DNA from: Polyangiaceae bacterium
GTDB lineage: Bacteria > Myxococcota_A > Polyangia > Polyangiales > Polyangiaceae
Assembly (NCBI GenBank): GCA_033763455.1
Contig: JANRKO010000006.1
Coordinates: 288,001 to 352,000 of the forward strand
DNA: 64,000 nucleotides
Direction: 5' to 3'
Shown here in pieces: positions 8,758-17,548 of the stretch (positions are counted from its first letter, which is position 1; the number at the start of each line of letters is the position of its first letter). The position numbers and the translations under genes are program-made. The notes under the pieces are model-generated. The model was not told the origin of the DNA, ran no database searches, and worked only from the letters and a program-made list of their open reading frames with translations.

Positions 8758-9335
8758 GGGTTCACTCCGTTATCGCCGCAGGTCGCTAGGTCTGGGTTAC
8801 AGAGCTCTGAGTACTTAGCCTTGCCGGCTGCGCTTGAATCGTAGTTCGTGCCGTCTTTGATACAGTAAGAGCCCGCTAGCTGCCCGCTCCCTAGCGACAA
8901 ATCATCGATGAGCTTGACGCAGCCGTAGCCGCTTGGACAATCGCAGTACCGCGCGTTCTTGTCCGGCCCACCACAGCGACACGAACAGTAGACGCTGTCG
9001 TCCGCGCGACGCTTAACCCGCTGAGGGGGAACTGCCACCGTGATTGGGTCAGCGCTGCCTGGGATGTGACAGGGGTTCGTAACACCCGCAGCGGGGTCCT
9101 TCTGGCCGTAAGGACAGCTCACGCGCCCCTCGAAATGATTCACCAGACAGATGCGCGTCTCGCACTGAAACGAACGACTCTCAACGTTGGTCTGCTCTAA
9201 AGAGAAGCCAGAGAAGTCCTTCAAGAACTCTTCCTCAGGCACGCACGGATCGCCGACGCCTCCCTCACAACCACTGACGAGAGCGGCAACTGCTAGACAC
9301 GAGGCAAATGAATGCTTGCTGAACCAATCTGACAT
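8754..9335 (-). CDS. Cys-rich lipoprotein, possible GltK/CglC-like gliding lipoprotein
   Basis: Lipobox LVSG-C; many Cys (VGDPC...FQCETRICLV...YCSCRC...CDCPSGYGC). Divergent from gltC. Confidence 0.6.
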   Translation of the reverse strand: MSDWFSKHSFASCLAVAALVSGCEGGVGDPCVPEEEFLKDFSGFSLEQTNVESRSFQCETRICLVNHFEGRVSCPYGQKDPAAGVTNPCHIPGSADPITVAVPPQRVKRRADDSVYCSCRCGGPDKNARYCDCPSGYGCVKLIDDLSLGSGQLAGSYCIKDGTNYDSSAAGKAKYSELCNPDLATCGDNGVNP

Positions 9336-9424
9336 CGTGGGCTCTTAAACTTGGGAAAGGTTTCAGTGGAGGGTTCGGTCAGGCGCTTTCGCTCAGTCAG
9401 CGTCTCGCCCGCTTACGTGGGCTC

Positions 9425-9454
9425 AAGCTAGCCGAGCCGGTGGAGACGCGTCAA
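9425..9454 (-). promoter_or_regulatory. Sigma70-type promoter for the Cys-rich lipoprotein-yraN unit
   Basis: Minus strand TTGACG-N18-TAGCTT. Confidence 0.45.
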
Positions 9455-9725
9455 CGCGAAAGAGGAGCCGCGCCGGCGAGCGCAGGGTGTAAAAGGGTCC
9501 ATCTGATCAGGGCAGTATGCTTGTGGAACGCTGGCGAAGACCCCACCGTCACAAACCAGCAGCGCACCCATCATCGAATAAGAACCTGAGCACACGCTAT
9601 TGACGGATACGAGGCTGAGAGCACTGACACCATAGGGCGTTGATAATCTTCATTCAAAATTTCCGCGATAGCAGATTAGCGCGCATGTGGTCAGAGGTGC
9701 GTTGATCGGTAGTCGGCAGTGACGC

Positions 9726-9755
9726 TTGACAAACAAACTCCGCGCTATCTAACAT
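9726..9755 (+). promoter_or_regulatory. Sigma70-type promoter for the gltC-D-E operon
   Basis: TTGACA-N18-TAACAT about 100 nt upstream of the gltC start. Confidence 0.55.
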
Positions 9756-9857
9756 GCGCCTCACCGCGGTGGTATGTATTGATTCTTACTAGGTTTTTCC
9801 GGATTCAGCCGCGGCCGCCATCCACACAGTCACGCGGGGCTGACAGAGAGAGGACGC

Positions 9858-11564
9858 ATGTTTTTTAAGCGCAGTGTTACCGCTTTTGTTGTCGCGATCG
9901 CCACTGGTCTGGCCGGGGTGAGTATTCCAAGGGATGCCTGGTGCCAGAAGGTTATTGACCTCGACGAAGACGAGGGCGGTGCCGAGGCGGCCGTAGATAA
10001 GGAAGCTCCCGCCGCCCCCAAGCGCGTTGAGGCCGGCCAGATGACCGAGGCAGGAGCTGCCGCCAAGAAGCTGTTCGACCAAGAAAATTGGAGCGACGCT
10101 GCCCTTGCCTTGCACAAGGTAGTCGTTGGTGAAACCGGTGATGATGCCGGCAACCAACAGCTAGCAGAGTATTATCTAGCGATTTCGCTCTATCGCCTGA
10201 AATTCTTCCAGGCAAGTTACGCCATCTTCAGTGTGATTGCTGACAATCCGAATCACCAGAAGTTCGGCGAGACGCTATTGTGGCTCGCGAAGCTAGCGAC
10301 ACAGCTGCCGGAGCCCGCGGATATCGTGGAACGCGTCGGCAAGTACACGGACGAGCAGGTGAGTCGATTTAAGAACCCGGCCCAGCGAGACTTGTACTGG
10401 CAGCTCAACTACATGCTGGGGCGCTACAAGTATCGGAATCGCCAGTACGACGATGCTTTGGCGCTCTTTAAGCGAGTGGATCGAAAGAGCCCTTACTTCG
10501 TTAAGGCACAGTTTTTCTCTGGCATTAGCTTCGTTCAAACCCGGAAATCGGTTCCGGCGGTTAAGGCCTTTCAAGCCATTGTTGATGCCCTCGACGAGGG
10601 TGTTGAAGGGGTGGAGGATGAGGAACGAATGCGGGACCTTGCCTACCTCTCAATGGCTCGGACCTATTATTCGGCCGCCATTAAGCTCGACGCGGAGACG
10701 AACGCGCCCAGCATCGATGAAAAGAAGCTGAGCGCCGCCGTCAAGTTTTGGAACGACGTGGATGAGAGCAGTGAGTATTGGTTAGACGCCCTGTTTGAGG
10801 AGTCTTGGGCTTACTTCATGGCCGGTCAGTATCCGCGTGCTTTGGGTAACATTCACACAATCCAGTCGCCCTACTTCCCGAATGCCTTTTACCCAGAGGC
10901 CGATGTTCTCAAGTCGGTCATCTATTTCAGTAACTGCAACTACGACGCTGCCACAATCGTTGTAGCTCGCTTCAACAAGCGATTCGTGCCGATTCGAGAT
11001 GAGCTGGCCAAAGTGCTCAAGCGCTACAGCGGGGCGAATCAAGAAGAGGCGTTCTTCAAGTTCTTGCTCGACGTTCGCGATGGCAAGGGTGACGTGAGTG
11101 CCGGCATTCGCCCCGTGATTGAGAACGCACTGAGTGATCGCCAGCTGCTTCGTAACATCGACTATGTGAAGGTGCTGGATAATGAAATTAAGCACTTCAA
11201 GGGTTCTCCCCCGAACTTCCGCTTGGCTCCCCTCGGGCAGCAGGTAGAAGACGCGCTCAAGTTGGCTCGCGAGCTCGCAGTCCGGCAGGCGGGCGAACTC
11301 GCCCTGCAACGCTACCAGCGGTACGTCGCGGACATGGACGAGCACCTGCGGAACGGCCAGAAGATATTGATCGATATTACCGCCGCTCAGAGGAATCTCC
11401 TTGATGAGAAGATCCAGAAGGGTCAAGTGAGCGCAGCGGATTCAAAGGTATTCGGGGTCGTCAATCCCGATGACGAACATATACTTTGGCCTTTCCAGGG
11501 CGAATACTGGCGTGACGAGCTGGGTTTTTACCGCCAAGTTGTCCAGTCGGCCTGTGGGAGATAA
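9858..11564 (+). CDS. gltC: Adventurous gliding motility TPR protein GltC
   Basis: Signal peptide, TPR-like repeats, LFEESWAYF..G.Y.RALGN motif, and the characteristic C-terminal WPFQGEYWRDELGFYR...C. Confidence 0.85.
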   Translation: MFFKRSVTAFVVAIATGLAGVSIPRDAWCQKVIDLDEDEGGAEAAVDKEAPAAPKRVEAGQMTEAGAAAKKLFDQENWSDAALALHKVVVGETGDDAGNQQLAEYYLAISLYRLKFFQASYAIFSVIADNPNHQKFGETLLWLAKLATQLPEPADIVERVGKYTDEQVSRFKNPAQRDLYWQLNYMLGRYKYRNRQYDDALALFKRVDRKSPYFVKAQFFSGISFVQTRKSVPAVKAFQAIVDALDEGVEGVEDEERMRDLAYLSMARTYYSAAIKLDAETNAPSIDEKKLSAAVKFWNDVDESSEYWLDALFEESWAYFMAGQYPRALGNIHTIQSPYFPNAFYPEADVLKSVIYFSNCNYDAATIVVARFNKRFVPIRDELAKVLKRYSGANQEEAFFKFLLDVRDGKGDVSAGIRPVIENALSDRQLLRNIDYVKVLDNEIKHFKGSPPNFRLAPLGQQVEDALKLARELAVRQAGELALQRYQRYVADMDEHLRNGQKILIDITAAQRNLLDEKIQKGQVSAADSKVFGVVNPDDEHILWPFQGEYWRDELGFYRQVVQSACGR

Positions 11565-11570
11565 TCGGAA

Positions 11571-14500
11571 ATGAAAGCTTTCTTTGCATCCATAGTCGCA
11601 GCTTCAGGTCTCCTGCTTGGCCTTGGCGTAACCTCCACCAGCTGGGCGGTGGAAGTTCCACCACTAAGTAATGCCTGCGTGCCTCCCGAGGCACTGAAGA
11701 CCCTCAATGAATGCCCCGGAGGGCCGGAGAAATTTGACGCGAGAAAGAAAGTAGACGCTTCGTTCAAGAGCGCGCCGCCCCCTCGCGAAGCGAACAAGCG
11801 CTCGGATGCCAAGCCGGGGGACATCGCCGCGCTCGCAAAGTTTGCGGAGCGCGACACGCGAAAGAATCGCCTCCAGGCACGCGCCAGAGCCCTGCTGATT
11901 ACCGAGATTCAGGGGCTAGAGGGCCTCTATAAGCAGACACCCAAGAAGAGCCCGGACCGCCCTCAGCTGATTCGGCGCTTGGCGGAAGGCTATGTGGAGC
12001 TCGAGAGCGCTGCAGAGCGTGATCGAATTGCCTCGGATATCAAGGCGCAGGACGCGAAGGCGAAGAAGAAGGACGAAGGAAAGCACCGCTCAGACGCCGC
12101 GCGTGCGAAGAAGATTGTGACCGCCGCTCGTAAGAGCGCGATCAAGTACTACACCACCATGAAGGACGAGTACCCGGACTACTCGAAGCTCGACGAGGTT
12201 CTTTACTACCTCGCGTACGAGCACGAGCAGGCAGGTGACTACAAGAATGCCCGTAAGGTTTACTACGAATTGGTTCAGAAGGCGCCGAAGTCGAGCTACA
12301 TCCCGAACGCGTATCTAGCTTTCGGTGAGCTATTCTTCCAGGAAGCGCAGGGAGATCCGAGCAAATGGGCGCTCGCAGAGTCCGCATACAAGGAAGTAGC
12401 AAAGTACCCGCCTCCGACGAACAAAGTTTACGGGTATTCCCGCTACAAGCTCGGCTACGTTTACTGGAATAGCGGTGAGCTGCCTAAGGCATTGAACGAG
12501 TTCAAGGCGGTTATCGAGTACGGTGACAAATTCGGTGAATTGCCTAACGCCAAGCAGTTGGCAAAGGCAGCGCGTCGGGACCTAGTGCCAGTTTACGCCT
12601 CCAGCGGTGCGCCAGATAAAGCGTACAATTTCTTCAGGCCGCTAAGTGGCGACAGCGGTGCGGAGAAGACCGAGACCGTCAAGATGATGAACGAGCTCGG
12701 TACCGCGTACATCGACACTGGTCATTACAAGGAAGGCGTCGTTCTGTATCAGGACCTCATGGGCCGCGACCCAGGTCCGAAGTACTGTTATTATCAGAGC
12801 CAAATTACTCTCGCGGTTCAGGCAATCTTTTCGGGGGATAAGGATCGTGTTGTCAAAGAGTTGGACCAGCAGATCCGCGTTCGGAATGACTTTGCCAAGC
12901 AGAACTACCCCGCTGACGCGAAGCTTGAGTGTTCAAACCGAACAGCAGAGTTCCTCGCCGAAACGGCCATGAGTTGGCACCTTGAGGCGGTTGGCTCAGG
13001 TGGTGTTCGTGGGACAGGCGACAAGAAGACGATGGATCTTGCGGCGGCGCTCTACAAGCGCACAGCCGAAAACTTCACGGCGCAGGACTTCGCGTCGTTT
13101 AAGTTCCCGCGGATTGCCAAGTCAGATTGGCCAACTATGTACAAGATCCGCTACGCGATGGCGGATTTGCTTTACTTCCAGCAGCGCTGGGAGGAGTGCG
13201 GTCCCGCTTTTGACGCGGTGGTGATGGCAGATCCCAAGGGCGAGGCGGCCGCGGAAGCGGCGTACGCTTCGGTGCTCTGTTATCAAAAAATGTACGATCA
13301 GATGTACAAGGGGGACTCGGACCGCAAGGGTCGTAACCTGGGTCCCAAGGGCTCGTCGGAGGAAGATCGGAAAGCTCAAAAGGGTGAATGGGAGAAGTAC
13401 AAGCCCAAAGAGTTCACCAGCATGCAAAAGGGCATGGTTCAGGCCTTCAGCCGTTACATTTGCTTCATTAAGCCGCCCAAGGGTAATCCTGAGGCAGAGG
13501 ATCAATACGTAGAGGTGAAGTTCGGTCGGGCCCGTCAGTATTATGAGGCCCAGCACTGGGAGGAAGCCGCACTTGCCTTCCGCGACGTCGCGATGAACTA
13601 CTCTGACAAGGACGTCGGAATTTTCGCGGCACAGCTCTACCTCGAATCAGTAAACGTGCTCGGTTCAAAAGCCGAACCGCCGCGTCCCACGTGCTTCGAT
13701 GACCTAGCAGGCGATGTCCTCGTGTTCTTGGACCTCTATTGTAAGGGGGCCAAGGCCGACGAGAACAAGGATCAGTGCGAGCTTCTGACTCGAATTAAGT
13801 TCGACGTTCAACGCTTGTCAGCGCAGAAGACTGTAGAACTGGCCGATTCGCAGTCGGAGAAGGGAAATGCAAAGGATGCCCTCGACAACTACAAGAAGGG
13901 CGGCGACGCGTATCTGGCACTCTGGCAGACCTACTGTGAGAAACCTCTCGGTGCAGGTGAGAAGCCCAAGCAGTGCGAGCGGGCGGACGAAATTCTCTAC
14001 AATATGGCCCGCGCGTACCAGGCTGGGCGCCTCCTGGTTAAGTCTATCCAGGCAAGAATGTTGCTGTTGAATCCAAAGTACGGGCTCGACAAGGGCAACC
14101 TGGCCCAGAAGGCGACGTACGAAATCGGCGGCAACTATCAAGCTATCGCTGTTTACGATAAGGCTGCGACATTCTTCGAGAAATACGCCAAGGACACGAG
14201 CTACAAAGGTGAGTTCGCGGACAAGGCGTTGAGCGACGCTGTGGTACTTCGTTTAGGGCTCGGCCAAGAAGACGAAGCTATCGAAGGGGCAAAGAACTTC
14301 AACAAGTACTTTGGCCGTCGCAAACCAGCGGAAACCGCACAGATTGCCTTTGCTATCGCCAGCCACTACGGCGAGAAAAAGGACTGGGATGGCGTCGGTA
14401 AGCAGCTCTCGCAGACCATGAAGATGATCGATAGCAGCGCGACCCTGGATATCCGGGCGCAGGCCCACGCTCTTCTGGCCAGAGCGTACGTCCAGACTAA

Positions 14501-15293
14501 GCGCGTCACACCTGCGGATTCTGAGTACAAGTCGGTAGCTGGGCTCTGGAAGGATCCAGGAAAAGCCGTGGCGGAGATCCGAGGTATTGCTGGGGATAGC
14601 CCCAGCGCTCAAGATCGTCGGCTCGGCCGCACCTTGGACGCCGTAGGTGAGGCACTTTTCTACTTCGCAGAGAAGAAGAAGCTAAAGGTCGATTCCATCA
14701 AGTTCCCCGAATACAAGGGCCCCGGCACCAAAGAGGCCGTGCTCAAGCACATTCAGGTTAACGTAGCGGATTGGATCAAGAAGAAGCGCCCGCTCATCGA
14801 AGACGCGAGCGGTAGCTACAAGGAAATCATTGATCTGCAGCCGGTTCCACCCCCGCGTTGGGTTATCTCCGCGGGCTCGCGTGTTGGGGAGATGTGGGGT
14901 CAGTTCGTGAAGGAGTTCCGTGCCGCGCCGATCCCTGACTTCATCAAGAAGGACTACGAGCTTCGTACGTCTTATTATGGAGCGCTCGATGACGCATCGG
15001 AGCCGCAGAAGAAGCAAGCTCGCGGTGCTTACGAGGTATGTCTCGGGTATTCGGTGAAGTATCAGTACTTCGACGAGTTCTCTCGCGCTTGTGAGGAGTG
15101 GCTCGCGACGAATTACAAGTCCGAGTACCACCTTATTGACGAGTTTAGGGGAGCACCCGATCGCGTGAACAGTGCTCTCCGGGAACAAGGACGTCCGCTC
15201 CGTATTGGTGGTGAGCCGATGATCGATGCCCCAGCTCCGGAAGCCCAGCCGAAGAAAGAAGCGGCGGCCGCAGCGAAAACGAAGGCCGAGTAG
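11571..15293 (+). CDS. gltD: Adventurous gliding motility periplasmic TPR protein GltD (AgmU)
   Basis: 1240 aa with a signal peptide and TPR clusters (YPDYSKLDEVLYYLAY, PKSSYIPNAYLAFGE, YSRYKLGYVYWN). Directly upstream of the gltE-F-G homologs. Confidence 0.8.
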   Translation: MKAFFASIVAASGLLLGLGVTSTSWAVEVPPLSNACVPPEALKTLNECPGGPEKFDARKKVDASFKSAPPPREANKRSDAKPGDIAALAKFAERDTRKNRLQARARALLITEIQGLEGLYKQTPKKSPDRPQLIRRLAEGYVELESAAERDRIASDIKAQDAKAKKKDEGKHRSDAARAKKIVTAARKSAIKYYTTMKDEYPDYSKLDEVLYYLAYEHEQAGDYKNARKVYYELVQKAPKSSYIPNAYLAFGELFFQEAQGDPSKWALAESAYKEVAKYPPPTNKVYGYSRYKLGYVYWNSGELPKALNEFKAVIEYGDKFGELPNAKQLAKAARRDLVPVYASSGAPDKAYNFFRPLSGDSGAEKTETVKMMNELGTAYIDTGHYKEGVVLYQDLMGRDPGPKYCYYQSQITLAVQAIFSGDKDRVVKELDQQIRVRNDFAKQNYPADAKLECSNRTAEFLAETAMSWHLEAVGSGGVRGTGDKKTMDLAAALYKRTAENFTAQDFASFKFPRIAKSDWPTMYKIRYAMADLLYFQQRWEECGPAFDAVVMADPKGEAAAEAAYASVLCYQKMYDQMYKGDSDRKGRNLGPKGSSEEDRKAQKGEWEKYKPKEFTSMQKGMVQAFSRYICFIKPPKGNPEAEDQYVEVKFGRARQYYEAQHWEEAALAFRDVAMNYSDKDVGIFAAQLYLESVNVLGSKAEPPRPTCFDDLAGDVLVFLDLYCKGAKADENKDQCELLTRIKFDVQRLSAQKTVELADSQSEKGNAKDALDNYKKGGDAYLALWQTYCEKPLGAGEKPKQCERADEILYNMARAYQAGRLLVKSIQARMLLLNPKYGLDKGNLAQKATYEIGGNYQAIAVYDKAATFFEKYAKDTSYKGEFADKALSDAVVLRLGLGQEDEAIEGAKNFNKYFGRRKPAETAQIAFAIASHYGEKKDWDGVGKQLSQTMKMIDSSATLDIRAQAHALLARAYVQTKRVTPADSEYKSVAGLWKDPGKAVAEIRGIAGDSPSAQDRRLGRTLDAVGEALFYFAEKKKLKVDSIKFPEYKGPGTKEAVLKHIQVNVADWIKKKRPLIEDASGSYKEIIDLQPVPPPRWVISAGSRVGEMWGQFVKEFRAAPIPDFIKKDYELRTSYYGALDDASEPQKKQARGAYEVCLGYSVKYQYFDEFSRACEEWLATNYKSEYHLIDEFRGAPDRVNSALREQGRPLRIGGEPMIDAPAPEAQPKKEAAAAAKTKAE

Positions 15294-15319
15294 CTTTACG
15301 CGAACGTGGAGAGGATGAC

Positions 15320-16990
15320 ATGCGCAAGATTTCTTTAGTTTCAGGCTGTTTGGTCGCCTTGTTTTTGGCTGGTTGTGGCGCAGCGTCACAAGGGGCAAAT
15401 CCCCTCGCTCCAGAGGAAAGGAGCGGTAAGAAAGATCGCCGCGGTGCGATGGTCAGCAAGGCCGCGGCGGAGAACTTCGATGGGGCCCTAAGTGCTTTTC
15501 TTGCCGCAGACAAGCGCGGGAATTGGGACGCCGGGACGTGCGAGAAAGTTGCGTCTAGTTTTCACGAGGCGAACTCGGAGCAAGAGGGCGCCACCGGCAA
15601 GGCTCTGCCGGAGGCTCTCTATAATGCAGGGCTCGCGTTTCAGCGTTGCGGGCAGGCGGACAAGGCTCGCGGAGAGTTTGAGGCTGCGATCAAGGCGGAT
15701 TCAGCATTTCATCGGGCTAGGGCGCAGCTTGCGCTCTACCGGTTTCAGGAATCTGGAGATACCGAGCAGGCAGTTACTGAGCTAGACCAGATCATCCGGG
15801 ATGCGAAGTTTCAGAACGTTGAGGGTCTCGTAAGCCTTGCTGCGCTTCAGATGCAGCGCGACTCAGACCGTCCAGATCCTGACGGAAAAGACGATCTTGA
15901 GCGGGCACAGAAGAACCTCCAGCGAGCGCTGGCGATTGATGACGCGTACATGCCCGCGTTCAATCAATTGGCTCTTTACTACTTAGAGCAGGCGAAAGCC
16001 AAGGCCGGCGCTAAGGACAAGCAAGCAAGCAGTGGTCGCCGCGGCCGTCGCGGGATGGTGGTGTCTGGGGCATCTCGGGTAGCGGTGAATGAACAGCAGC
16101 TCGATCTTGCTGCACTTGTCGCGGCACAGGCACAAGGCAAGAACCCCAATTACGCCCCAATTCACAACACCAGTGGTCTTATCCTGGCGGAACTCAAAAA
16201 CTTTAACGGAGCGGTTAAGGCTTTCAAACGAGCGAGAGATCTAGATCCTGGTTTTTTTGAAGCGCATATGAACTACGCGGCCGTAAATCTTTCCTTCCGC
16301 GGCTTCGCTGAGGCTGAGCAGGCCTACCGGCAAGCACTAAAGTTGCGGCCCAAGGAATACGAGGCGCACCTGGGGTTAGCGCTTGCAATTCGCGGCGGTA
16401 TCAATGATTCGAACTACGATCAGGCCGTCGCGGAAGCCCAGAAAGAGCTGGATGAAGCCAAGAAGCTCAGCCCGGACCGCCCAGAAACGTACTACAACGA
16501 GGCGATCCTCACTCAGGAGTACCGTTCAAAGCGCGGGGATCAGGCCACAACCATGAAGATGCTGCAAAAGGCCGCGCAGCAATACAAGGAGTTCATCGCC
16601 AAAGCGGGCAGTGAGCCGGGGTTTCAGGCTGCCGTGAAACGTTCTAAAGAGCGGACACAGGACATCGAAGACACGCTTAAATTCATCAAAGACGGTGAAG
16701 AGGCCGCTCGGCAGCAAGCGGAAATTGAAAAGGCTGAAGCTGCACAGAAGAAGCTTGAGGCCGAACAGAAGAAGGCGGAAGAGGCAGCCGCCGCGGCGGC
16801 GCCCAAAGCCCCAGCGGACGCAAAACCTGGTGAGACCAAGCCTGGTGACGCAAAACCTGGTGACAAACCCGGCGACGCAAAACCTGCCGATGCGAGTGGC
16901 GCTAAAGGCACGGCACCGGCTGATGCGAAACCCGGCACAACCGGCGGCAACGCCAAAGCGGCGCCTGGTTCCGACAAGAAGAGCAAGTAA
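15320..16990 (+). CDS. gltE: Adventurous gliding motility TPR lipoprotein GltE (AglT)
   Basis: Lipobox LFLAG-C, TPR repeats, a C-terminal coiled coil and a Pro/Lys/Ala tail. Lies between gltD and gltF. Confidence 0.8.
   Translation: MRKISLVSGCLVALFLAGCGAASQGANPLAPEERSGKKDRRGAMVSKAAAENFDGALSAFLAADKRGNWDAGTCEKVASSFHEANSEQEGATGKALPEALYNAGLAFQRCGQADKARGEFEAAIKADSAFHRARAQLALYRFQESGDTEQAVTELDQIIRDAKFQNVEGLVSLAALQMQRDSDRPDPDGKDDLERAQKNLQRALAIDDAYMPAFNQLALYYLEQAKAKAGAKDKQASSGRRGRRGMVVSGASRVAVNEQQLDLAALVAAQAQGKNPNYAPIHNTSGLILAELKNFNGAVKAFKRARDLDPGFFEAHMNYAAVNLSFRGFAEAEQAYRQALKLRPKEYEAHLGLALAIRGGINDSNYDQAVAEAQKELDEAKKLSPDRPETYYNEAILTQEYRSKRGDQATTMKMLQKAAQQYKEFIAKAGSEPGFQAAVKRSKERTQDIEDTLKFIKDGEEAARQQAEIEKAEAAQKKLEAEQKKAEEAAAAAAPKAPADAKPGETKPGDAKPGDKPGDAKPADASGAKGTAPADAKPGTTGGNAKAAPGSDKKSK
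16817..16935 (+). repeat. Degenerate tandem repeat encoding (D/T)AKPG(D) units in the GltE tail
   Basis: GACGCAAAACCTG at 16817, 16847 and 16874; protein DAKPGETKPGDAKPGDKPGDAKPAD...DAKPG. Confidence 0.8.
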
Positions 16991-17214
16991 CTTGCTGGGT
17001 GCTAAAGCTCTGGAGGCGTGTCGATGTATTCTTGCCGTATAGCTGGAATCATCTGATCCTGTGCATTCAGTGGGAACCTCGCCGGCAGCCCGGTGTCTGA
17101 ACCGGGGCCCGGCGCCGCAGAAACAAAATGCACACTCATCGTTCGCGGACGTTGTCTAGTGTCACAGGATAGGGTACGTGCAATCGCACTGTAATCACAG
17201 GAGGCAAAGGTAGT

Positions 17215-17493
17215 ATGGCTTGGTTGGTTAAGACGGCAGCGATGTCTGCAGTGGTTGTAGTGACGCTAGCGTTTGGGACAACACGCGCGTCGGCACAGGA
17301 GGCGGCAGCGCCCGCTGCCGGCGGTGACTCTGAAGGCTACGGCTACTCCTTCGAGGATGACCCACTGAATGCAGGCGGGTTTGGCCCGAACGACGCGACC
17401 ATTCGTGTGCGTCCTAAGGCTGCGCGTACCACGCTTATCAGGCCTCGAACCTCTTTCGTTCCTGAGATGTTGAAGTCAGTCGAGAACATCTAG
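17215..17493 (+). CDS. gltF: Adventurous gliding motility small exported protein GltF (CglF)
   Basis: 92 aa with a signal peptide; YSFEDDPL...LIRPRTSFVPEMLKSVENI matches the GltF F-D/E-D...LI..R..F..E...S pattern; upstream of gltG. Confidence 0.85.
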   Translation: MAWLVKTAAMSAVVVVTLAFGTTRASAQEAAAPAAGGDSEGYGYSFEDDPLNAGGFGPNDATIRVRPKAARTTLIRPRTSFVPEMLKSVENI

Positions 17494-17548
17494 GGCCGGG
17501 CAAACTCAGGTTTTTACCGCTCACGCGACTCCGATAGGACAGGAAGCA

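Noticed and set aside
16817..16935. Short repeats as a CRISPR array
   Set aside because: They are in-frame coding repeats, too short, with no spacers or cas genes.
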